A program made the translations under genes and the position numbers. From the sequence record NC_029316.1: 32,000 bases of DNA. One strand, 5' to 3'. The notes under the pieces are model-generated. The model made no database searches. It saw nothing but the letters and a program-made list of their open reading frames with translations, and was not told the origin of the DNA. Below are positions 1-10,027 of the stretch, piece after piece (position 1 is the stretch's first letter; every line of letters starts with the position of its first letter). Origin of the DNA: Acidianus tailed spindle virus.

Positions 1-603
1 AAGAGTCATAACCAATGTCATTATATTGCTCCTTATCAACGTTAATAGGTTAGATGTATGAACGTACAAATCCCTATTTGTAAAGTATACGTTAGTGGAG
101 AACAATAACTGAGCGTCGTCTATTATATAATAAGGAGACCTCAGTCCATGCTCCTTAAGGAATTCTATAAAATTATTCAACTCTATTGGGTCAATGCCGA
201 TATGATACAGGGTTATAATGTAATTAATGAACCTTTCCTCGACAGGAAGGTTTTCATTCATATCGTTGAGTGCATAGATATTAGCACCAGCCTTAATTGC
301 CAGTACGGACTTCCCAACTCCTTGACCACCTACTACGACAACTAACCTCTGTACTTGTATCCTCTTTCTATACCCCTGAAAACACATCCTCACAAATGGT
401 GTAAGAGAAGGGACTATTTCGCCGTTCTTTGTCACAAACCCAGGAGTGATTAAAATGCTCAACTCACCGCTTCTTAGGGAAGTATAAAGGTAATCCAAAT
501 ATCTTAACAGTTTTCCTCCCATCGCGTTCTCATAATCTACATAAAGGAACCCTTTATCAGGGTCTCTGTCTTGAATTACAAAATCTCCGATTTTAACTTC
601 CAT
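1..603 (-). CDS. Partial P-loop NTPase/ATPase, C-terminus off the left edge
   Basis: Absent from the ORF track because no stop lies in the window. The minus strand is open from ATG (603) to base 1 (201 codons): MEVKIGDFVIQDRDPDKGFLYVDYENAMGG...RIQVQRLVVVVGGQGVGKSVLAIKAG...GLRSPYYIIDDAQLLFSTN... Walker A is GGQGVGKS and a Walker B-like IIDDA follows. The start overlaps the stop of the upstream 123-aa ORF. Confidence 0.85.
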   Translation of the reverse strand, partial: MEVKIGDFVIQDRDPDKGFLYVDYENAMGGKLLRYLDYLYTSLRSGELSILITPGFVTKNGEIVPSLTPFVRMCFQGYRKRIQVQRLVVVVGGQGVGKSVLAIKAGANIYALNDMNENLPVEERFINYIITLYHIGIDPIELNNFIEFLKEHGLRSPYYIIDDAQLLFSTNVYFTNRDLYVHTSNLLTLIRSNIMTLVMTL

Positions 604-964
604 AAATATAGTCGAGTTTCACTTGCATATAAACAGATTTCTCGCCACCCTTACCACTTATCCTTATGTTTACTACAGATATTACAATTGTATAACAAAA
701 CGTATGGATCCTGAGTATCGGTACTTCACCCTTGCATTTAAGCAGGGACTTCAATGCCAACTCCTTCCTATTCTCCTGTATGAACTCTACTCTATAAGCT
801 CTGTCAAAATCATGAGGTATAATGTCCTTTAACAGATTCTTTATCTTTTTCCTAATTTTCCTTATTGAGTATACACCATGTTTTGAGAAGCATTTGAGTA
901 TGACATAAAATTGGTTTAAACTAATATTTATTTCACGTATCGATGAGAGTAATTGAGCCTCCAT
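593..964 (-). CDS. Hypothetical basic protein, 123 aa
   Basis: Open frame whose TAA (593-595) overlaps the coupled ATG of the ATPase gene. A TATA-like sequence (cttatata) lies upstream on the minus strand. Confidence 0.5.
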   Translation of the reverse strand: MEAQLLSSIREINISLNQFYVILKCFSKHGVYSIRKIRKKIKNLLKDIIPHDFDRAYRVEFIQENRKELALKSLLKCKGEVPILRIHTFCYTIVISVVNIRISGKGGEKSVYMQVKLDYIYGS

Positions 965-1033
965 TGTTTAGAAAAGTTATATAGAAGTATATAAGAAGAG
1001 CTGGAGTGGAAAGAAAACACAAAAAATTTACCT

Positions 1034-1525
1034 TTAGAATTTTACGTTGAACTTCTGGAATATTATTCCTACTAATAGGAATATTACAGCTATTATTACT
1101 ACTGTAAATAGTACGTCCTCAACTGTTGGCAAACTGTTTACAGACCCCACTATCCCGTGTACTACTGCAGTGCTTAAGTTATACTGTGCTGATCCTGGAG
1201 AGTATGAGGATGGGTTAATTTCGTTCAGCAATTGTATTCCAAGGAACCCAGAAACGAAGAATACCATGACGAAGATTATTACTAAAGCACCAACAACTAC
1301 AGCAACTGTTTTTACAGTCTCTATATGATTCTTTACGTCGCCATTATCTCCACCATTACTGGAATATATAAGTCTCGCTCTTATTGTTGCTAGGTAGTTA
1401 TGGTACTTGTTGGCAAACATTGACACCGCTTTGTGTATCATGCTTAGCAGTAAATTATAGTACACTATGTAGATTGCATAGACTATGAATAACACAGGTT
1501 TTACCTGATTGCTTGACCTATTCAT
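1034..1525 (-). CDS. Membrane protein with at least two predicted TM segments, 163 aa
   Basis: ORF with hydrophobic stretches VLFIVYAIYIVYYNLLL and VAVVVGALVIIFVMVFFVSGFL / VLFTVVIIAVIFLLVGIIF. Confidence 0.7.
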   Translation of the reverse strand: MNRSSNQVKPVLFIVYAIYIVYYNLLLSMIHKAVSMFANKYHNYLATIRARLIYSSNGGDNGDVKNHIETVKTVAVVVGALVIIFVMVFFVSGFLGIQLLNEINPSSYSPGSAQYNLSTAVVHGIVGSVNSLPTVEDVLFTVVIIAVIFLLVGIIFQKFNVKF

Positions 1526-1582
1526 TTGCCTTCAGTATGAAAACAAATTCTTCGTTTAAAAATAGATATGCAGTAAACCTCG

Positions 1583-3796
1583 TTAGCGGTTAAGGTATTT
1601 TGCAACATATGCCAAAGCGAAACCGAATACCGCACCAGGTAGCAATGCATAAAACCCAAAAATTAACGAAATTGCTATACTAAGTAAACTCCATATCATT
1701 AACCCGTACCATAGGACTCCAGTTATGTTATAGTTCCTGTTGATAAGATATATCGCGATACCACCGCCTATATAGTAAATTATTATATCCATAAGCTGGT
1801 TTGAATTGATACTTATACTGAACGGGTTCTTAATTGGTGGTGGCGTAAGTGATGTACTACTATTAACCTTAGTTGAATTGAGGTTAACTAGTTTGTTAAC
1901 ATAAGGCTGAGAGGTTTGTATACCGTTGGCATCTATTGTTACTGTCCTACTTGTAGGCGATATTGCTAATACAAACGGCGTATTAGCAGGTATATTCAGC
2001 GGGTAGAAGCACGAAGACACGATGAATTGCTCCTGGACGTTTTGGTAAACTAAAGTTACTGAGTCACCGTCCATACCCTTCAATATAAGTGAAGAAGAGG
2101 AGTTAGAAACATGATAACACGACAGTTTACCGTGAGAGTAACAAACTACTAACCCAGGACTTGTTATTCCGTTTATTATTGCGGAACATGCTTGGAACGG
2201 AGAAGTGACAGAGGTCTTTATTATTCCAGATATTTCGTCATATAAGCCAGTTGCTAGAGTGACACCTATCTTACTAATAATGAGAGGAGTATTACTATAC
2301 GTCACATAGTGAATGTACGGAACTACGTTGTAAATCGTATAAGGTGATGCAGAAATGAATTGGGTAACACCGTGATCTGTTACTACTTGAACTAGAAGAT
2401 ACTGCGTGTTTCCTACTCCTTGTACACCTATAATTACGTCTGCTGGAAAAGTAACATTTCCTAGTGAAGTTAATACAGTGCCGTTAACACATAAATACGC
2501 TTTGCCGTTACAAATGTTAACATAGTATGCACGCACAAAATCGGTGAACCCTATCTTTGCGTCATATTTAATGTTGGAACATGGAGGATAAATTAATATG
2601 TCCGAAATACCGCTACCATAACCTATTACCAAATTATCTTCAGCTATTCCCACATTATTTACCTTATTAGAGACATATATGCATTCAGACGTACCGTTTG
2701 AATACGATACAATAACCTTACTACCTACTGGTACGCCGAATATTCTCACACATGATGTATTGAACGCACAGTATGCTACAAAGACCTTAGGTTTAGATGA
2801 GACCACAACGTCGCACACCACCTTCCCAAGGTTTACCATTTTTCCGTTCTCGTATGCATAAAAACAATTTCCTTCTATTAATGAGGGCGTAAATATTACG
2901 CTTGCTTTACCCTCTATGCATTGGGAACATGAAGGCTTGCAGTAATATACTGCAATAAGATTGGTAGAAATATTACAGCACGGCTTTTCCGATGGGGATC
3001 CTTGAATTACTGTACCGCATACTATAGTGCATTTACCCTCTTCGCTTATTTTAACAAAGCATGTTAATTTCGTGTATAATTCTGCACTATTTACCTTTAC
3101 AAACCCGCTCTGTTCTACATCAAAATTATTGCTTAGTATACAGTTTGTGAATATAGTTTCGTACTTACCAGAGAATATGTAATAAGAAGGTATTTTCACT
3201 TTTTGTGATGTCTGCAAATAATCGAAGAATACCCCAGTACCAGGCTTTACATTAGCTATCTCATAAAAATTATTGGTAGACACTGAGGAAGGAAGGATGT
3301 TATACATAAACACAACAGAGCTGGAAATATAACGGCTAATAGACGGCTGGAAATAGAGATGCGAATTATTACCCATTGTAAGCAGACCGTCAGCCTGGAC
3401 ATTAGTTGCGTTCCAAAGTGTGGTGTTTAATATATAGAATGTAAATAGGTTACTAAATACGTTACATGTAACATATTCACTAGTTACTCCAGTTCCATAT
3501 GTTAGTAGTAGTGACTCGTTATTCAACCCAGCTATATAGTATACTAAGTATGGCGGATATGTTGAAAACAGGTAGCTATCGACATAGTACCCGCACTGAT
3601 TTATAACATAATACTGGCTTTGTATATTTGCACTTGGTGGGAGTGGGGCAAATAGTATTATATCGCTACCAGCCAACGATGAAGGGGCATTTACTGTTAT
3701 TTGTATTTGATAGCTTACTGCAGTAGAATTTAACGAAAGTAATAGTAGAAATAGGAAAGAGAATAGTATGAGTGAAGAAACTAATTTCTTTAACAT
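1583..3796 (-). CDS. Large secreted or virion surface protein, Cys-rich, with signal peptide and C-terminal TM segments, 737 aa
   Basis: N-terminal hydrophobic signal LVSSLILFSFLFLLLLSLNSTAVS; many N-x-S/T sequons; Cys-rich cluster CCNISTNLIAVYYCKPSCSQC; C-terminal hydrophobic helices. Confidence 0.8.
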   Translation of the reverse strand: MLKKLVSSLILFSFLFLLLLSLNSTAVSYQIQITVNAPSSLAGSDIILFAPLPPSANIQSQYYVINQCGYYVDSYLFSTYPPYLVYYIAGLNNESLLLTYGTGVTSEYVTCNVFSNLFTFYILNTTLWNATNVQADGLLTMGNNSHLYFQPSISRYISSSVVFMYNILPSSVSTNNFYEIANVKPGTGVFFDYLQTSQKVKIPSYYIFSGKYETIFTNCILSNNFDVEQSGFVKVNSAELYTKLTCFVKISEEGKCTIVCGTVIQGSPSEKPCCNISTNLIAVYYCKPSCSQCIEGKASVIFTPSLIEGNCFYAYENGKMVNLGKVVCDVVVSSKPKVFVAYCAFNTSCVRIFGVPVGSKVIVSYSNGTSECIYVSNKVNNVGIAEDNLVIGYGSGISDILIYPPCSNIKYDAKIGFTDFVRAYYVNICNGKAYLCVNGTVLTSLGNVTFPADVIIGVQGVGNTQYLLVQVVTDHGVTQFISASPYTIYNVVPYIHYVTYSNTPLIISKIGVTLATGLYDEISGIIKTSVTSPFQACSAIINGITSPGLVVCYSHGKLSCYHVSNSSSSLILKGMDGDSVTLVYQNVQEQFIVSSCFYPLNIPANTPFVLAISPTSRTVTIDANGIQTSQPYVNKLVNLNSTKVNSSTSLTPPPIKNPFSISINSNQLMDIIIYYIGGGIAIYLINRNYNITGVLWYGLMIWSLLSIAISLIFGFYALLPGAVFGFALAYVAKYLNR

Positions 3797-3843
3797 AAGC
3801 TAATGAGAGAAATAGAGGAAATAAAGATGTTGTAAAAAATAGG

Positions 3844-4359
<516 letters not shown>

Positions 4360-4385
4360 TTACGCCCCCTAACCCCTTTCTACAA

Positions 4386-4775
4386 TTAGGGGTTCTTCTT
4401 ATTCAAGAATAACGCAGACAACACAATAGATATGCCTATCAAGACACCAAGCGTGATAGGGTTTCTAAAGATGCACGCAATATAAACGAAGAACGAACCA
4501 GCGAGGTATTGAGGTTGATTGTATGAACCGTTAATGTAATATATACTTATGTTTCCTTCTGATAGAACGTTAATACTCTGGTTATCGTCCTTTGCTATAA
4601 GCGTTGTTACGTTGTTTAATGAATTAGTGGAAGCAGATATAGAAAAACTGAAGAACATTGCTAAAGGTACTATAATAAGTCCCGCTAAGATTAGTATAAA
4701 CACAATCGTCGTAGTGCTGTATGGTGGTGTCATAAATACTATATTTATAATGTAATATATTAACCTATTATCCAT
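4386..4775 (-). CDS. Small membrane protein; start at 4775 or 4733, not the longer 4889 track start
   Basis: Two hydrophobic segments (TTTIVFILILAGLIIVPLAMFF; FRNPITLGVLIGISIVLSALFL). The track extension to 4889 is antisense to the start of the better-supported plus ORF at 4774. Confidence 0.55.
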   Translation of the reverse strand: MDNRLIYYIINIVFMTPPYSTTTIVFILILAGLIIVPLAMFFSFSISASTNSLNNVTTLIAKDDNQSINVLSEGNISIYYINGSYNQPQYLAGSFFVYIACIFRNPITLGVLIGISIVLSALFLNKKNP

Positions 4776-5322
4776 GGCAAAAGAGAAGGATGAAGAAAAA
4801 GATGAGAAAACTGCAGACGAAATATTCAAGCTTATTACAATCGATCCAGTGCAGACCCAACAACTGTATAATAACGCAAACCAAGACAATATACCACCAG
4901 ATATTTATGATACAGAAATAAGGACTACATCTGAAGATGTAGTAAACCTTGCAAAATACATTATGAAAAGCATTACAGAACAATTTAAACAATACGATAT
5001 AAAATATTCCGTCACACCGAGTAGTATAGATGAGGCGTTCAAAAGACTTCTCACGTCGGCTGTGAATAATTATATGGCACTAAACTCATCAATAATGACT
5101 TATTATCAAGCAAACATTAGGAAAGCGATTAGAGAGAAGAACATTAGTGACGTTTTGATGTACATGGAGAAGATGAAAAAAATAACTATTGCAATTTTAA
5201 TGTCTATTCATATGACAATAAACGAGATAATGGGTATAATAGGAATAAATCTACCGTTAGAGATTACATCACAATTGTATAAACATACTGTACTTGGGAT
5301 AGATCACATAGAAGCTAAGTGA
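4774..5322 (+). CDS. Hypothetical protein, 182 aa, acidic N-terminus, helical
   Basis: ATG-initiated ORF MAKEKDEEKDEKTADEIFKLI... with coherent soluble helical composition. Confidence 0.7.
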   Translation: MAKEKDEEKDEKTADEIFKLITIDPVQTQQLYNNANQDNIPPDIYDTEIRTTSEDVVNLAKYIMKSITEQFKQYDIKYSVTPSSIDEAFKRLLTSAVNNYMALNSSIMTYYQANIRKAIREKNISDVLMYMEKMKKITIAILMSIHMTINEIMGIIGINLPLEITSQLYKHTVLGIDHIEAK

Positions 5323-5347
5323 AGACTACGGTCTCAGGTGTCAAAAG

Positions 5348-5680
5348 ATGAGCAATTCTTCCAATCCTTTTTCATTATATTTTTGGTTTATTATATTCAT
5401 AGGCATAATTGTTTCTACCATAATCTTCATCTATTTCCTTATCGTGCCATTTTTACAATCCGTTCAGTGTCATTATGTCCTTAACGCTTCTGCTGATAAG
5501 GATGTTAATTTCAATAATTCGGTTGTGTCGTCTTTTGTAACCCAATATAGACAGGGATATGGTTCTATTGCATCAGCGGGTCTTAATGAAATTATAATAG
5601 TACTTACAATAATAGTACTTGGGTTATTTGCAATATTTCTGTATTTATATGTAACGGCGATAAGAAAACCTGGTTCCTAA
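5348..5680 (+). CDS. Membrane protein, 110 aa
   Basis: Two strong hydrophobic segments (YFWFIIFIGIIVSTIIFIYFLIVPFL; EIIIVLTIIVLGLFAIFLYLYV). Confidence 0.7.
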   Translation: MSNSSNPFSLYFWFIIFIGIIVSTIIFIYFLIVPFLQSVQCHYVLNASADKDVNFNNSVVSSFVTQYRQGYGSIASAGLNEIIIVLTIIVLGLFAIFLYLYVTAIRKPGS

Positions 5681-5712
5681 CTACTTATTATATAAAATGT
5701 ATTATTACACAC

Positions 5713-6180
5713 ATGCCTGGAAGTACACCTGGAAGCAACAAAAAACATGCTAGTGACGATAGCGATAAAATTGTTCCGATATTGAAAAAATTATTTCTAA
5801 AGAATGAAATGGTAATGAATGCGAGCGGAGTAGAAGTGTTAAATAAAATTTTTGAAAAAATTGAAACTAAAGAGGGGAGAAATTATATAAAATATGTGTT
5901 ACTTAGTCTGTTTCTTCCTTCAAACTTAAGACTTGTACCAGGTACTGGAGAGGTGAAGGATATAATATTTATTGGTTCAGAAGATAAAAATACGAAAAAA
6001 TGCGGTACTTTCAAAATTTTAGCGGTAGATAATGGCAAAAATTACGAGTACTGCTTAGAGGTGTGCGGGTCACTATCTATTACAATTAACCTCATACCAT
6101 GCACTGAAGTGCGTAACACCGTAAAGCAAACAGACAGAGTAAACATGTCTGAATTAGAGTTCAGTAAATTAGATCTGTAA
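5713..6180 (+). CDS. Hypothetical protein, 155 aa
   Basis: ATG ORF co-directional with its neighbours. Confidence 0.6.
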   Translation: MPGSTPGSNKKHASDDSDKIVPILKKLFLKNEMVMNASGVEVLNKIFEKIETKEGRNYIKYVLLSLFLPSNLRLVPGTGEVKDIIFIGSEDKNTKKCGTFKILAVDNGKNYEYCLEVCGSLSITINLIPCTEVRNTVKQTDRVNMSELEFSKLDL

Positions 6181-6190
6181 GGGAGAGAAA

Positions 6191-6772
6191 ATGTTGTTCC
6201 TAAAGAAAAAGAACAACATAGACTATTCCCCGTATGTAAAATATGTCGCTCATGCGTTCCTTTTAGATAGAAAAATAACGTGGAACGCTACGTCATTTGT
6301 AAGGAGTAAATTCGGTTTTGGGTTTATAGTATTTGGGAAGCAGAGGAAAAACTTCAGTTTTAATAAAGCATATATTGACGACCTAGACGTCCTAAAAATG
6401 TTCATATTACTTTATAATAACACGACTCATAATACTGTATTCTTCTATTATACTACAAAATTGACAAAAAAAGTAATAAATTATTCTATTAAAACCCAAA
6501 AGAAAAATAAGGATTTATCTGTTAATACTATAAGGAAGCTTCTATTAATGTGTGGCGAGAGGTATTTATGCACTATTGATGAGAATTATAATATTTCTGA
6601 AGGATTTGACTATAAGAAATATGTGAATGATGAGAACGGAGAAGAGAGACTTAAAACAAAATTATTACTATTCAGTAAAACTGACATAACAACTTTGCGT
6701 AATTATACAATATTTATATCTCTAAGATCTTTATATACGCATTCCAAACAAGAACAGATATTCTCTAGTTAA
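6191..6772 (+). CDS. Hypothetical basic protein, 193 aa
   Basis: Lys/aromatic-rich ORF following the preceding gene with a short gap and a purine-rich leader (gggagagaaa). Confidence 0.65.
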   Translation: MLFLKKKNNIDYSPYVKYVAHAFLLDRKITWNATSFVRSKFGFGFIVFGKQRKNFSFNKAYIDDLDVLKMFILLYNNTTHNTVFFYYTTKLTKKVINYSIKTQKKNKDLSVNTIRKLLLMCGERYLCTIDENYNISEGFDYKKYVNDENGEERLKTKLLLFSKTDITTLRNYTIFISLRSLYTHSKQEQIFSS

Positions 6773-6811
6773 TGTACAAAATTGCCCGAACGTTCGTGCA
6801 AATTCGGTAGA

Positions 6812-7297
6812 CTAATAAAAAATAATTACTTTTTTAAGACTTTTTGATAAGACGCCCATGATCTTATCGTCTACAATGTCTGTCATAATAACGATATCGC
6901 TACTGCTTGAAAAATAATAGCTAAGCACTGCATTACATATGCAGTTACCTTTCCCGTGTAGTATCAGGATGCCGTCTGTTTTTAATTTATTAATATATTC
7001 ACTTATTTCCTTATCTCCACCCAGTTCGCACTTTATTATGCTCCCTTTTCCGTACAACGTAACTGGTAAATGATGGATATTAGGGTAAATTTCAAACTCG
7101 CTATCTCCTAATATCCCCTCTGCGATTCTAAAGGTCGTATACCCTTGCATCACCATCCTGGTTGATACATGAGAGTAACAGATGTTCTTCATTATTTCGT
7201 TCTCAAAATTACACCTAATTGTAAGAATTTCGGCGTCTAAAGGAGGGACAAACTCTCTTAATTTTTCCTTACTATCGATAACTATTGTACTCATCAA
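6812..7297 (-). CDS. Hypothetical protein, about 161 aa
   Basis: ORF divergent from the 7330 gene, soluble composition. Confidence 0.6.
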   Translation of the reverse strand: MMSTIVIDSKEKLREFVPPLDAEILTIRCNFENEIMKNICYSHVSTRMVMQGYTTFRIAEGILGDSEFEIYPNIHHLPVTLYGKGSIIKCELGGDKEISEYINKLKTDGILILHGKGNCICNAVLSYYFSSSSDIVIMTDIVDDKIMGVLSKSLKKVIIFY

Positions 7298-7329
7298 CTG
7301 GATTTATTCTAGTTATCTAAAAACCAGTT

Positions 7330-7926
7330 ATGCAGAATTACACAGAATTGGAAGGTCTTTTCACTAAAATTGTTGATGTATGCCTCTCAAATGAAATAGA
7401 CCTTCATCCTGTTCAATCATTCTATAAGCTGATTATTTTATCTTCACCAATACCTGGGATTGACACTATACTTAACAATACAAAGAAAGAGTTGGTGCTT
7501 GCTAGCACAAAACAACAACAATCCAAGGTAATTAGATCGTTTTGTATAAATCTTGTAAGAAAAATGAACTCTTTATCTTCTGTAGATAGTAGCATAATCG
7601 ATGGAATTGAGGGAGATATAAGCACATATAATATAGATAGCGTGATCAATGAGTCTAACAGAATAATGCAGAGAGTTGAAGAAGCGTTCACAACTAAGAA
7701 CGTAAGGGACTCAATAAAGCAATTTGAGTTAGCAGTAATTGAAACAAAAGCCTTACTAATAAGAATAAAGGACAGCATGATATATGAGGAGGTTACGAAA
7801 CTAACTGGAATAAACGAGAATAATATAACTGACGTGCTACATTTTAATGACTACACTGAGGGTAAATATACAATTGCAGAGAAATTAATGCAGATACTAC
7901 TGTTTATTAAAACGCATTTCAAGTAA
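7330..7926 (+). CDS. Hypothetical helical protein, 198 aa
   Basis: ATG ORF MQNYTELEGLFTKIVD..., closely followed by the 7933 gene. Confidence 0.65.
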   Translation: MQNYTELEGLFTKIVDVCLSNEIDLHPVQSFYKLIILSSPIPGIDTILNNTKKELVLASTKQQQSKVIRSFCINLVRKMNSLSSVDSSIIDGIEGDISTYNIDSVINESNRIMQRVEEAFTTKNVRDSIKQFELAVIETKALLIRIKDSMIYEEVTKLTGINENNITDVLHFNDYTEGKYTIAEKLMQILLFIKTHFK

Positions 7927-7932
7927 AAACGT

Positions 7933-8709
7933 ATGTTTGTAATTACGATGCACGGTGTAGACGAAATAGATGAACTGAAAGCTTACCTCTTCTTTTCTTC
8001 GATTGGCGTATATCCTAACATCAAATTTGACGGTAAGAATAACGTTATTAGTATACATATACCGAAATATAGAGATTTCATAAGAGTCCTAAGCGAGATA
8101 GACAAGCCGTTCATACCTAGCGTATTAAGGCTTGATAACGAAATAGAGAAAAACGCTAAGCTGGATTTATCAATGAAAGAAAACACTATTTCTAGAAAAT
8201 TACACGTAATAATTAAGTTAATGAAATTAGGTTCAACATACACTAGGTTAGTACTGGATGTTAACGTTGCTGGCATAGAACGAGATATTCTTGAATATAT
8301 CCTGAGGAACCTTATTGGGGATGAAGATCTGTATGTAACTAGTACTGCGTCTAGACATATTGTAGTGTGGGGTAAAGCGGATAAGATACGTTTACTAAGA
8401 AGCGTTAATCTTACACGTTACATCTATGGTTCTCACGAATACGAATGCCCTGTATGCGGGTATAAATCACAAACCTTAGCAGAATTACAATTACACTACT
8501 TTACAGAGCATAATAGTGGTGTATGCCCACTTGACGGCTTACCTACAGACGAACACATGTTAAGCGATATGAAACACCTAGCATACGCATTTTTAGCACT
8601 ATTACCGATGAATTCACACCTAAACAGAACAAAATTGTATAAAAAATCTTACATTCTTGCAAAATTCACATTTAATGTTAAACCACTTATTGTTCAACGT
8701 GACTTATAG
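7933..8709 (+). CDS. C2H2 zinc-finger protein, 258 aa
   Basis: Motif YECPVCGYKSQTLAELQLHYFTEHNSG (C-x2-C-x12-H-x4-H) plus repeated small alpha/beta-like segments. Confidence 0.7.
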   Translation: MFVITMHGVDEIDELKAYLFFSSIGVYPNIKFDGKNNVISIHIPKYRDFIRVLSEIDKPFIPSVLRLDNEIEKNAKLDLSMKENTISRKLHVIIKLMKLGSTYTRLVLDVNVAGIERDILEYILRNLIGDEDLYVTSTASRHIVVWGKADKIRLLRSVNLTRYIYGSHEYECPVCGYKSQTLAELQLHYFTEHNSGVCPLDGLPTDEHMLSDMKHLAYAFLALLPMNSHLNRTKLYKKSYILAKFTFNVKPLIVQRDL

Positions 8710-8936
8710 TACATTATTAATATAACTATAGACAGAATAAAACCTATTACCGCAAACACATTGAGATATATTACGAATCTGGATAACGTTGCATAGTAAT
8801 CATTAGCGTACTGCTGTCCATCTACGAGGGTTATGGTGTGGGCATATTGGAATTGTAAAAAATAAATCACGTCAAATATAATAATTGTTGCAAAAGCCAT
8901 CACAAATACTAAAACAAATACAGTGAACGGGGACAT
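8694..8936 (-). CDS. Two-TM membrane protein, 80 aa
   Basis: Hydrophobic segments FVLVFVMAFATIIIFDVIYFL and FVIYLNVFAVIGFILSIVILIMYY; directly abuts the upstream ParB-domain gene. Confidence 0.6.
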   Translation of the reverse strand: MSPFTVFVLVFVMAFATIIIFDVIYFLQFQYAHTITLVDGQQYANDYYATLSRFVIYLNVFAVIGFILSIVILIMYYKSR

Positions 8937-10004
8937 TCAAACCACCTTGAAATACTTAAACGCAGTTCCGTCAGGTAACTCATTTTCAAGTATCGTCTTG
9001 ATAGAATAGAAAAGATCCCTATCTATCTCAACTTCCTCATTCTTCTTAACTTTCTCCTCAAGCTTATCTATAAATTTTCTAAAAGACACTAAGTCAACAT
9101 ATTTACAAAGTTCTTCCTTGTTAATATATTGCTGTTGAACTGCGTTACTGTTTTTCTCTATTCTCCTTTCTTCTTTCTTATTATCACTTTCCTTACGGTC
9201 GTCCTTATGGTCACCACTTCTTTTCTTTTCTGTTTTCACACTCAATTTCTCTGTTTTTTTGGCTTTTTCTCTTTCTAATAATTCTCCAAGTTTTGACATA
9301 AATTCCCCAGCATTCTTAGCATTTTTAAGTTCAGCATAATAATCTGTAATAACCTTGCGGATATTTGAGAAAATCAAATCTAAATCTTCATCAGTGAAAT
9401 CATTGGCAAAATTCTTAGTTAAACTCAGTAATTTCTCTATTTCCCTCTTATTAAATACTATTCCTTTCTTTTTCGTATAATTATAAATGTGGGGATAATG
9501 CGATTTTACCCATAACACCATATATTTAACGTCGTCTATAGATACTTTCTTTTTTGTAATGTTTTGAAGTGTTTCCTCTATCTTCTTATCTATATCATTA
9601 TCTATCCTCGCTGTTTGACTAGTTGATCCTCTGATCTTATATATCTCCTCAATATAATTAGTGAGTTCCTCGAGTTTCATCGGTCTTCTTATTACATTTA
9701 GAACGAGTGCTAACAACTTTGCGGTTTGCGGATCCTTGGTTATTCTTAAGTCTGTATATTGAAGCGTGAGGACTTTAGAATATTCATCGCTCTCCTTAGC
9801 TAACTCTTTTAGTACTAGGTATCTCGTCATTCCGTCTATTATGTAATTGTCTGAGTCGACAACTATAGGTTCCCTTAACCCATCTTTTTTTATGCTTTCC
9901 TTTAGTTCCTCCATTATACGTTGGTCTCTTGGGAATAAATTAAAAATAGGGTCGTATATTTTTAAATCGCCTAATCTCGAAACTTTAAGAAGAACATTAT
10001 ACAT
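8937..10004 (-). CDS. ParB/Spo0J-like N-terminal domain protein, 355 aa
   Basis: LFPRDQRIMEELKESIKKDGLREPIVVDSDNYIIDGMTRYLVLKEL matches the ParB N-terminal pattern (xxLxxSIxxxGxxxPIxVxxxxxIxDGxxRxxxxxxL). The C-terminal half is Lys/Glu-rich. Confidence 0.75.
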   Translation of the reverse strand: MYNVLLKVSRLGDLKIYDPIFNLFPRDQRIMEELKESIKKDGLREPIVVDSDNYIIDGMTRYLVLKELAKESDEYSKVLTLQYTDLRITKDPQTAKLLALVLNVIRRPMKLEELTNYIEEIYKIRGSTSQTARIDNDIDKKIEETLQNITKKKVSIDDVKYMVLWVKSHYPHIYNYTKKKGIVFNKREIEKLLSLTKNFANDFTDEDLDLIFSNIRKVITDYYAELKNAKNAGEFMSKLGELLEREKAKKTEKLSVKTEKKRSGDHKDDRKESDNKKEERRIEKNSNAVQQQYINKEELCKYVDLVSFRKFIDKLEEKVKKNEEVEIDRDLFYSIKTILENELPDGTAFKYFKVV

Positions 10005-10027
10005 ATATTTTAATTGGAAAAAATAAC

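Noticed and set aside
148-345. Plus-strand 65-aa ORF
   Set aside because: Antisense to the Walker A-containing partial ATPase that occupies the minus strand.
361-400. Half-site GAAAACACAT similar to the dispersed palindrome
   Set aside because: The second half (TGTG...) is missing, so it was not counted in the family.
2679-2861. Plus-strand 60-aa ORF inside the 737-aa gene
   Set aside because: Antisense to a strongly supported long gene, no start context.
7422-7778. Minus-strand 118-aa ORF
   Set aside because: Antisense to the 198-aa plus gene; Leu/Ser-rich shadow-ORF composition.
7983-8276. Minus-strand 97-aa ORF
   Set aside because: Antisense to the C2H2 protein gene.
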